This document shows positions 40,701 to 52,700 of a DNA stretch of 64,000 nt, piece after piece. Position 1 is the first letter of the stretch, and every line of letters starts with the position of its first letter. Position numbers and translations under genes: made by a program. The notes under the pieces are model-generated. The model searched no databases. It saw only the letters and a program-made list of their open reading frames with translations, and had not been told where the DNA came from. The DNA comes from Candidatus Omnitrophota bacterium (GTDB lineage Bacteria; Omnitrophota; Gorgyraeia; JABMRN01; RBG-13-46-9), in assembly GCA_013203315.1 (NCBI GenBank), contig JABMQJ010000026.1, positions 32,001 to 96,000 of the forward strand. Reading direction: 5' to 3'.

Positions 40701-43700
40701 ATTATCGGTAACCCGGAAAAAATAGATTTAGAACTAGCGGAAAAACTCTACCAGGAAAAGCGAGCCAAAATACAGGCCGAAGCTAAGGCGAGCGATGAAA
40801 AAATTGACAGCCTGGAAGTCCGGGTAACCATAGCTAGGCAAGCTGTCGATAGTGCTAAAAAGGCTCTTACAGAAGAAAAAGAGGCGAAGAAAAAAGCCCT
40901 TAGGCTAGCCGAACTCGAAAAAGCGAAAAGTAACTTACAAAGCGCGCAAACTGATCTCGAACTGGAAGAACTCCAAGCGCAGGCATATAAAGGTGTCCAG
41001 CGTGTGCCGAGAGAGGAAGGGATTTCAGTAAAAGAGGCGGAAAAATTAAGGCTAAGGTTGGCAGAAGCAAAGCGAAAGGCGGATGTCATAGATGAAGAAA
41101 CTGGAAGGGTGGAGCCACAAGAGGCAAGGGAAAGAGAAGCTAGGGTCAGCGGTGCTGTTAATTTTAGAATTGTCCTCCTCGACCCAAGGAAGCCGGATAC
41201 GTCTGAATATGATATCGAAGCCCTTAGAGAAGAATCCAGAGAAAAAGTCGAAGAAGGATTAAAAAATTATAAAACTCTTAAAGTTCAAGCCGCACGATAT
41301 GGTGTAGAGCTGGCGTGGCTGAATTATCTTAGGGCAATAGCGGTAAAACAGTTAAATCAATTCAAAGGCGACCTTCCGGCGTTAAAGCCGTTTGACAATG
41401 AAGAGACCAGTAGAATGAGGAGATTTACAAAATTTGTATCGGAATTAGATGCCAAAATTGCTAATATTGACGGAAAATTGGAAGAAACGGAAAAACAGAT
41501 TCCCTACGCGGGCGATGCGATTGGCGTGGTATACGTGGGCGACAAGATTGCCATAATAGTAGAAACCAAGCCCAACGGGAAAGAAGCAATAAGAGAGCTG
41601 AAGAAAATAAGTGAAAAAGATCGCGCCGCCGTATTGAAAGAGATAGAAGACCGGGACCCTGAACTGAGGCGGTTGAAAGCCCTTCGCGCACAAGCCCAAA
41701 AAATGCACGAGGCCACAGAGCCCCAACTGGGTTTTCTACCCGTTATTGATTTAAAGGGCATGTCTGGCATACCTATAACAGGCGCCCAGCTTGACCTTAC
41801 ATGGACTCTTTTCGATTCCGGGCTTAACGAGGCCAATAGGTTACTGGCGTGGATAAAATTAGTAAGGCAGGACCTATTAATTAAAGTGGAAGAAAACAAA
41901 AAGTACAACAGTCTTATTTTAGCCCTGGATCAACTTGAGAAGAAGACTTTGCGTTTAAAGAAGGCTGCAACGGCTAGAATGCGCTATCTCGGTTACATGG
42001 ATGAGAACGGTAAGTTCGTTCCGGGTTTATTGACAGATGTCATAGAATCGTTGGACAATCAGAATACGAATTTGGATGAAGTTAGAAGAATTTTCCGAGA
42101 GTCGCAGGACGCGGTAAGCGAAAATGCCGAAGCCGCTTTTGAAAGTTTAGCCGCCGTAGAAAATTTTATCGTTTCTTTAGAAGTAATAGGTGTTGATCCC
42201 GCAAAATATCTTAAAAAGCCAAAAAAATTATCAAAACCGGCCATAGAACCTGCGCAGCCGACGACTACTAGGCCGAGCGTTGCGCCGGCGGTGAGTGAAT
42301 ACAAAGTTCCCACCCAAAAGGTGCAAGATAAGGACATAAAAGACGAGATAGGGATTCTTATAGAGGCATCCGGCATGAGTGAACGAGCGGCCGTATTTGC
42401 GGTAATATCTGCTAAACGATTTGTCGAGATGAACCGTAATATAGTTAACGTGCAGGGCCGTGAGCCATGGACGTCTAAATTACACTTTATAGGGATGTCA
42501 GAATACGCCAGAAAAATAGCACGGAAAATGGCAGAAGATCCGGGCTTCAAAATTCCTGATCACCTCGGCTTCAGAAGCATCTATGATTTATCTACTACAA
42601 TGGAGGAATCGGGACAAGTTAACGACCCAAAGACAGGCATTTATCCGGGCCTGTTCAACCTGCTTGGCCTGGCACATTATATGCAATGCTACGAAGATAG
42701 ATTTGGTAAAGAGAAAGCCACGGCCCATTTTAATGAGGTTATAGCTAAAATTAAAGGTCCAAGGGATGAAGGATGGGAGATAGGGATACAGAAAAGATTA
42801 GCGGAACTTGGCCTTGGAAAAACAGAAGAGGAGATGCATGCAGGCAGGGTTGCCCTTTCCGGTATAGCCGGTAGAGCTGTCGGCAGAGACCTTAACGTTC
42901 ACACGAACCTTCATGACATGGGTATTGCGGGCAGGTTCTACAATTTCGGCCTTTTGCAACACTTAAATCCGGGGCAACTTGATGCTATGGTAGATGTTAT
43001 GCGGGAACTACGGTCGTTCCTTAACAGTATATTCGATAATTATGGGGACATGACGAATGACGAATTATCAAAACAGCAGGGTTCCTACAGGCTGAGATTG
43101 AACAGTGAAAGATTGAAGACGCTTACTCCCGGAACGCCGGAATATAAACATGTTGAGATGCTCGTAGAAAGGGCAAGAAATGCGCTCATAGAAGAATTAG
43201 AACTCGACCGTCTCTTCAGCGCCGCCAGGGCAATATTAGAGCAGAGCGGCAAGGTGCTGAAGAATATGTCGAAGAAGGACATACAGGCAATTCTCAAGAC
43301 CACGATTAGAAGCAAGGCGTGGCGTGACTCCCTGCAAGATAATATAATTCCACGAATGAAAGGTGAAGACGGCAAGTTCCTAAGCGATTACGAAAATCCT
43401 TTATTTGACGCACTTAACTTTTCCGATAGTCGCGGAAAAGCCTACCCGGGCAAGGACGCAAAAGGAAAACGCGTAACTTATTTTGTGGAAAGGATGAAAA
43501 TCGATGGAAAAGGAAAATTACAGCCGGTTGTAAAAATTATCTACGCTGGCGAGCAAGAACCGCACAAAATCTATATAGGCCACTTTGACAAAGAAGCATG
43601 GTTAAAGGGAGACGCGTTGCCTATTCTGGACTTGGAAGGGAACAAGCCAACAAAGCCCGTCATAGAATTAGGTCCCGCTATAGAAGTAGAAAAAGGCATA

Positions 43701-46700
43701 GAGGCGGTTCCCGAACCCGAACCCGGAATCGGCCCACGCGGGGCGATAGGTCTCTTGGGCGAGGCTGACGAAGTCGAGAAAAAGTTGCTAAGTGAAACCG
43801 GAAGACGCGAGTATGTGCCGTTGTCCGCAGCCGGAATGAAGGGTCTCCTGGCGGTATACCAGCGTGACGAAAAAACGGGCGTACGCGGTATGCGGATAGG
43901 AACCGTAAAAAATCTAAAGCTAAATGAAAAAGGAGAAGTCATAGGTGGGGATATTGTTGAGAAGAAATCGCTAAGTGAAACCGGAATACGCGAGTATGTG
44001 CCCCTGTCCATAGAAGGTATGGAGGGCTTCCTGGCAGTATACCAACATGACAAAGAAACGGGTGTACGCGGCGAACGAATAGGAACTGTAAAAAATCCAA
44101 AGATAAATGAAAAAGGAGAAGTCATAGGCGGAGATATTGTTGATAGAAGAAGAACCGCTACAATTGGCTCACGCGAATACGTAATTGCAAGAGTTGAAGA
44201 TGGAAATGATATACCGGAAAGCCTAGCATACCTTCCTGGAGACATGAAGGATGTAGTGCTTGTGTATTCCGGATATGACGAAAACCAGCCGATAGGATAC
44301 GCTGAAAGCGGTAAGATCAGCTTCAACGAAGACGGAACAGCCACGTTAAGCGATGATGTCATAATTATGAGGACAGCCCGGGTGCCGTTTACAGGTGAAC
44401 TTGGGGCAGTAGGCCACCTTTATGCAAATGGAGAATATTACAATCTTCGTAAGGGCGAAGTTCATGGTTTTGACGGAAAATATACTGCGAAATTATACAA
44501 AATCAAAGAATTCGAAAAAGAACGTGTAGAAATAAGATTTACAAGTACCTCGAAACATCCACGTCATGATTCGGCCAGAGAATCTATCGTATTGGTCCAG
44601 GACATGGAAACAGGCCTACCTATCCGTGAAGAAAATGTGCCACTGGTGATACGCGATGGAAAACAAGCTTATGTTGTTTACGGGACAATACACTTTTTCA
44701 ATTGCAATGAAGAAGGAAGGCCGCAGTACGTGGAACTACGATTATCAGACGGCAAATTCCATGATGGCGTGTCAACGCGCAAGGCTAAAACAATACGATC
44801 AATGGAATGCGAATACAGAGAAGACGGAACGCGTGTCAATACCCGATGGACATACGGAAAAGGAAAAGAGTGGTGGAAGAACAAAATCTTCCAGCGTGGA
44901 GTAGAAGCCGTTGTGGCCCCGGCAACTCGCATGAAAGGCGTATCGGTTGTCACGCTTGCTCAAGTAAGGTGGAAAAATGCATGGTGGAAAACCCAGGCAA
45001 GTTTTGGAAGTGGGATAATAAAGTTAACAGAGCCATTATCCCAAACCGACAGAGGGTGGGAGGCATGGCAGTCAGAGTTTGACGTTGAAATGCAGGATGC
45101 CGGACATTCCACCGCACCGATGGGAAGTGCTCAACAAGCTGCCCCCCATGACGATAATTGGAAAGATATGACTAAATTACCGCCGCAACCCCGCACCGCA
45201 ATAACTCCGAATAGTATTGCAGGAGAGGTCTACGAGATAAATAAGGTGATCGAAAAGCACCATCCCAATCTCATGAAAAGGCTTAATCAACATTTGTCGC
45301 AAGAAAATTGGAACGAATTCTGGGCTGATATATGCGAGATACACCGATTAAACGTATGGCCTGCCAGGGTCCACCTTGAAGGCGTTGCGCACTATCTCGA
45401 TCTTCTTTTAACTGAAATCGAAGAAGAAGGAGGAGACGTAACTCTTCTTTTCAGTGACCTCGAATTGGCAACGATTACATTTAAGGATAGAAAGCTTCGG
45501 GGAGTACTTGCAGCAGGAACAAGAGGAACTGACCCAGCGTTAGGCGAGGGATTGGATATTTTGATAAATGTTTTAAAAATTGCAGATAACCTAAAAAGCC
45601 GCGAAGATTCAATACTTTATATGAGTGAGTGGGAGATGAAGGCGCTTGGCGCCGAAACCAAAGAAGGAATAGTCACAGCAAGGCTTCGCATTTTCCTAAA
45701 ATTTCTTACAGACTATAAAAACGGAAAAATGACCAAGAGAGATTTTGAATACGAACTAAAAATCGTGAACAACACAATTCACGAGTACGCAGTCCGGCAT
45801 AATAGAGATGAACAACGCCAGGGAATAAGAGCTATCAAACCACTGCTGAAAAAACTTTATCCGGGACAGGAAAGATTGGATGAAGAGATCAACGTGTATG
45901 AAGCATCCGCGAATATGCTCTACTGGTTTATGGTAATGCTGGACCTCTCGCCGAAAAAAGTCGAACAACTTATGCCGCTACTTTCCAAGTTAAAAGCACG
46001 CCTCAATGAGTCATTGTTGGAATATGATGAATCTTTTGTGGAAATATTATTATACATAGCGTCTTTCAGGATATCCGGACCGAAGACTTACGAAGCTGAC
46101 CGCCTCTTCCGGGCCAAGTTACAAGCACGCCTCAATGAGTCATTGTTGAAATATGATGAATCTTATATGCCAACATTATTAAACATAGCGTCTTTCAGGA
46201 TATCCGGACGCCACACAACTAATAGAGGTATCGCGAGGGCTTACGAAATTGACCGCCTCTTCTGGGCGTTGATAGCACTGGTAGAGAATACCACTGACAC
46301 GGAAATCGCAGACCTTACCACGGAAGAAATCGAAGATATGATGAATAAAACAATCAACAATGATAGATGGATAGAATACTTTAATATGGCAATCGATGTT
46401 CAGATAAAAAATGACACGATGCCCGATGTGTTTAAGTCAGCTTATTATGCAAGTGCGTCTCAGAGGCCACCCGCAAAGATAGCACGAATAAGAGAAGATG
46501 TACCTACAAAAAGTGACACACACTATCTGAGCATAACCTATATACCAGGCTCTGAAATAAAAGAATCCAACGTAAAAGCCTATACCGTATCCGAAGATGC
46601 AGATGGGAAGCAGGAGATGATGAAGTTTATTATAAAGAAGGATGCAGAGGGCCACCCGATAGTAGAGCTTTTTAAGGGTGGCGAAAGCGATCCCAGCCAG

Positions 46701-49700
46701 GTTTGGGAAGGCGTATTCGATGTGAATGAATGGCTTGTAGGATCTGAGCTGGAAGAATGCATTACAATAGACGGGAAACCCGGCAAGCTTTTAGAGACAT
46801 TAGAAGAGGCAGAGGTCATCGAAGAACTAGGAGAAGAGGGTGTGCCGGCGCTTCCCGCTCCAGAAGTTCCTGGACCCGCAGTCGGCGAACGCGGGCCAAT
46901 AGGTGCCTTGGGCGCAACTAAACCGGCAGAAAAAGTATTGGCAACAACGCCGGATGGAACAAAAAAGTTCGTCCAGCGTCCGGATGGCAGTGTATGGCTA
47001 GTGGCGAAAGGAGACCCGAATCATCTTGAGATGTCTAGAGGAAAGACGCAAGCATGGGCGGACAGGAAAAATGCGCCACCCGAACCTCGCAGTGATATAA
47101 ACCCGGAAACGATAAGCGAGGAAGTAAGCGGAAAAACGGAATCTATCGCTGCAACGCTTGAAAAATATTACCCGGAAGAAATGAAAGCGCTTTCCGAAGT
47201 TATTACGCCGAAACAGTGGAACGAAATGTGGGCAGAAGTTTGCGAAGTTCATAGGCTAACCCCTAGAGGGGCCAAGGAGCATTTAGAGCGCGTAAATTAT
47301 TGGTTGAATGAAATTCTTAAATGGGAAGAAAATAATGGTGTAAAAATTGACATTCCGGAGGATATGTACTCGCTTCTTTACGCCATTCGGCCGCTAAAAA
47401 ATGAGGTATGGCCCATAGAGAAGGCGCTTCCCGGGTTACTGCGAAAATTGACCTATGTCGATTTTATGGCATCATTGGAAAAGCATAGGTTGTTATTTGA
47501 TGCCCCGGTTCTGAAGCTAGCCGACGCAACAGTCAGGAAAGATCTTCGGGAGGTTTTCGTTCGTTTCTTCAAGATACTAAAGGACCATCAGAAAGGGAAG
47601 CATGACAAGAGTGCCATTTTAAGATTTAGAAGGGAAATAGATGATAGAAACGCAGTGATTGTTGATCTCGCATTACGGCATAATACCGGGGAGCAGCTAA
47701 CTGGTGAGACCGCTGCGCTTGAAAAAATCTCAAAACTTTTCCCGGAGTGGAAACTAAAGTATGGAGTGAGCCAGAAGGGTTTTCACGACTCTCATATATT
47801 GTTTTCATTTTACATGTTTATGGTAACCCAGGACCTTTCATCCGGTAAGATCGATGAGCTTATGCCTTTATTGCAGGCGCTGAAACCTTTTCTTAATGAT
47901 TCCTTCGGCGAATACAAAGACATGGAATTAGGTAAGTTGCTAAAAACGCCGCGTGGCTTCGATCTTGACGGGGTTATACAAGTGTGGAAAACTCTGGGTG
48001 AGGACTTAAAGAAGCTTTGGGGCGGCGAGGTGCATAAGCAAATGCTTAGAGGCCTTGAACTTGACCGTCTCTTTGAGGCAGCACGGCTAATAGTAGAATA
48101 TCACAGCGGGGGAAAAAGGATAAAGGATTTATCAGGAAAAGAGATACAAGAGATTCTAAAACAGACGCTCGGGAAGAAAGGCTACACGGGATTTCTTGCC
48201 AGGGTAATTAATATTCAAAAGAAGAACGGCCTTACCCCGGACATGCATAAATCAATTGATTGCGCGAATACACGCAAGACACCGCCACAAGCCGAAACGG
48301 TGACAAGAAAAGACCTCCCCGGAAAACTACCGGGAGGAAAATATTACCTGAGCACGACCTACGAAAGCGGCTACAGGACCCCGGAGGAATATACCTTATA
48401 TAAAGATGCGGAAGGAGAGACAAAGATAATAACATTTTCTCTAAGAAAAGACGGAACTGTTAGGATAATATACGGCAATGATGAGGCGGCTTCGCAAGTT
48501 TGGAAGGGCAAATTTAATAAGAATGCGTGGTTACAAGGAAAGGCTTTAAAAGATTGCATTACAATAGACGGCGAAAAAGGCCAGCTTTTAGAGGAATTAG
48601 GTAAGCCAGAAGATGTGGAAAAAGGTATAAAACTAGAAGAGCCTGCGGTGCCCACGCCCACGCCTGCGCCCGGAATAAGTGAACAGGTACTTGGACGTGC
48701 AACTCAAGGCGCAAAGAGCGCAGTTGCAGGCACCGGTTCACCTTTGACGAATTTTGTGATGATCGTAGGTATGAGTGCGATAGGCGTTGTAACCGACTCT
48801 CAACAAGCACAAGAGCCCCCAGCGCAAGTGGCGCAAGTGGCACCGGCGAAGTCGGCGCAACCGGCGAAAAAGGCGGCGACGCCGCCGGCGCAAGCGAAAA
48901 AGCCGACAACGCAGAAGGCACAAACACAACCCGCAGCGAAACTGAAACCTGCTGAAAAAGCTAATCTACTCATGAACTACAGTGGGCCAGATGGAAAAGA
49001 TTCATACGGCCGTAATGCCGGAGAAAATTTCTGGGGACATGTTGGCATAAGCGATCCTATACAGGCAGAAAAAACAAGAAAAGCTTTTCGACACATGAAA
49101 AAGCTGGGCATCGACTCCGTGAGAATGGGATTAGTAGCCGATGGCCGCTCACTAATGGACGAAAATGGAAAGGTTGACCCCCAAAAACTTAATAAGTTCA
49201 TGGAGGACGTAGAGGCTTTACTTAAAATTGCAGAGGAACAAGAAATCCAAATAGAAATAGAATTTTCCCTTATCGACCATCTTATAGCGTATAAGGGCAG
49301 AATAGATAACGGCGTCCCAATTTTTGGTAGGGATGAAGTAATAAAAGACGCTGCAGGATTTGTTAAAGACTTCCTGACACCATTCCTTCAGAAATTCGGG
49401 AAACATAAGGCGATAAAAGGAATCGACATTATAAACGAACCGGAATGGATCTGGATTAATACCCCCGTTACAAAGGACAAGGTAAAACAATTTATAAGAA
49501 TATGTTCGAAAGCCATAAGGAAATGGGCTCCGGGTAAAACCATAACAGTCGGTGTTAATACCGAGTATACCGGAGAAATGGCCGCATTAGTTCGCGAAGG
49601 CGTGCTGGACTACGTAGCCATTCACCACTATGAGGATAGGTTCAGAAGGAAAAAAGCCGACGGCACATTCGAGAAAGATAATTTCGCGACATTAGAACGC

Positions 49701-52700
49701 TTCGTAAAGGCACTTAGCGTGCCTGAGGCACAAAGAGTGGCATGGGCAATCGAAGAATCCCAGATAAGAGAAGAAGATATCCCTCGGGTTCTGGAAATCA
49801 TTAATAAGTATAACGGAAAGATAATCGGAATTTGGGGATGGAATGATAGTGACAAGAGAAGCCTTAACCCGGCAACGCGCGGTCCCTTACTTAACAAACT
49901 GCAACAGCTTAGAAAAGAACTACCTGTGCCGCCTACTGTGACACCGCCCATGCATACCGTAGAAATGACGAAGGCGGTTAGCGAATTAGACCCCGGAAAA
50001 GCGCCGAACGAACCTGTTTCCCCTCTAACAGCACCCAAGATTGTGCGCCCGTCCAAAAAAGACATTAACCGGGTCCGCGTGCGCAAGAAAAAAGACGAAG
50101 ACGGAAAAATTAGCGAATCCTATAGATATGAAAAACGAACGAGAGATCACGAAGACCCCAGAAAGCGCAAACACAGCAAAATTCTTGATATCGGCGTTGG
50201 AGAAGTAGAAAGAACGGAAATTCCCAGAGCAGGCGTCGACCTTATTTATATAATACAGTTTGACCCTTTAACAACAGAAATAGTACGCATGGAGTTATGG
50301 CGCGGGAAGTTAAAGGTAGAAGACAAAGGGAAGGTAATAAGCTACTTACCTGAAGGAGACCTTGAGCCCATGCTCGTAGAGTACGCGGAATTCGAATACA
50401 ATCCTGACAAGACAGTAACGATGCGCCTCGCAAGGCGCGATGTTCTGGGAGGCGAAGAAAACTACATAGAGGAATACGTATTTAAAAAAGTAAAATTCGA
50501 GGATGGCAAAATAAACATAATGGTTTCGAAGACTGTCTATGACAAAAGCCTCGTAGAAAAAGCTACGGTAATTACGCAGATTGACAGGAATGAAAAAACC
50601 GGCGAAATAACAGAAAGGGAATGGATACAGTGGCAGGGCCAAGAACTGCAGAAGTCATCGATGACTGTCTACGCCTCTCACATAGATAAAACGGGCTTCT
50701 TGGTATGGGAAAGGCAAAGACGCAGAGACTTTGGCACCGGTGCGTGGTTAGAGACATTACGCAAAAAGGTTAAAGGGCAGAAAATAGAAATTGAGAAAGG
50801 TAAAAATAAAAAGGGCGCGTATTATGATGGCAAGGGAGGAAAAAGCCGCATTTACTATGCAGATGGCGGTAGGTGGGTTAGCATGGAAGACGGCGTTTCC
50901 GCTGCGGCCGAAATTAAGAAAGGCCAGAAGAGAGATAAGCCGTTCGACCCTATAAAAATCGGTTATACCGAAGCCATAGATATAGAAGGCAAAAAACATG
51001 TATTATATGAAGCCGACACCGAGATAGAGAACAACGCAAAGTTTGACCACAAAAATAATACACTTACATTACCTGAGGAGATTACCGTTGATGGCAAAGA
51101 CTTTAAAATCCCCGATGCCGCGCGAACTTACAAACTCCCTGCTAAACTACCTGGCGATAGGGCGATATATAAATTCCATGTAAAGAGGGAATACGACAGC
51201 GAGAAGAATAAAGTGTTAACTACCCAAGTAGAGTGGGTAGTAAGGGATGAGGCGGAAAAGCTGATCTACAAGGTTACAAAGAATTTGATAACGGGCGAGA
51301 CAGAAGTTTATGAACTTCATCCCGAGATGAAGATGGAAATAACCGAATTGGAACTTGAAGCAAAACCGGGCGAACATCATGACCAGACACATAAAGATGT
51401 TTCGGAAGGGACATTTTACGACGAAAAGGGTAGAGAAAAGGGAAAAGTATATCACAGAATGGTTTTTGACCCCAGGTACAGGGATAAAGACAAATGGCGT
51501 TTCCTGCAGGAAAGAGGAAAAATAGTCGAAGAGAAGGTGCGTGATGTCGAGAACAACAGGGAAATCACCGTGCTTTATAGCATAACAGAAACGATAGAGT
51601 TCAAAGAAGATGGTTCGCAGGTCGTGAGAAAGGTAAAAGTATCCGTAGATGAAAATTATAAACCCGATGGCAGGGTTCGAGAGGAGCTCATTGTAAAAAA
51701 GGATAAATATGGCAGGATCAAACAGGTTGATGGGGAACCGGATAAATTTGGCATACGCGACGGGCTTACTACTCAGGGTGTTAAGGATGTCGGAAAAAAG
51801 ACAGAATCCCGCTTTACCCCGCAAACGTATAAATTTGTGCCGGTTACGAAACCGGGGCAGGAGTTGCCGGGGTTAATTACGGATAATAAGGGTGTGCAAA
51901 AGGAATATGTGCTCGCGACTACAGGACGCGATTCTAAAGGTAAATTAGTTCTAAATTTCAAAAAAACCGATAAACGCTTCGGTTACACCCAAGTTGTGGT
52001 GCCCGAAGGCGCAAGATGGGTTACAGAGACTAAGGAAGATGTAATAAGGGATGAAAAAACAGGGAAAGAGATTACAAAGAAACAAGTGGTATTTGGCCTC
52101 TACGACGCCCATGGGAAACCTTTATATCAGGATATAGCTACTAAATACGGTGATAACGGAATAGTCCACCAGGTTTTGGTTTATAACCCCACTGATAGCA
52201 CGATGGCAGAATACGCCACCTACAGAAAAAATTGGCAGGATAAAGAAACACTCATGCTGAAAAAAGTTTCACAACTCCTGCGCTATCGCAACTCCGAACT
52301 GATCGATCAGTGGTTACTATTATACGAAGAATCATATCTAAAAGGATTTGTAAGGGAATACACATATGATATGCAAAGGGCCCTTAGCGGCGCTTTTGGC
52401 GGCATGCAACCCCTCACGAGTAAAAAATGGAAACTAAACAAAGACGGTTCGCGCGGCGAATTGACAGAGCACATGGCATTTCTTTACTATGGGCCGACAG
52501 GGCAGCGCCTGATTGTAGATATGCGTGACAGGAGAGACGACAACGGAAACCTCATAGATCACGAAACGCCGTTGGCAGCGGGTCAGGCAGTGACGGGCCT
52601 TGTTACCCCGTTTGCAATAGGGGAAGAATTCGAAACAGAAGAGTGGAATACAAAGATTGTAGAGCGTCCGGACGGAACGCTATGGATTGACACTTCACAA

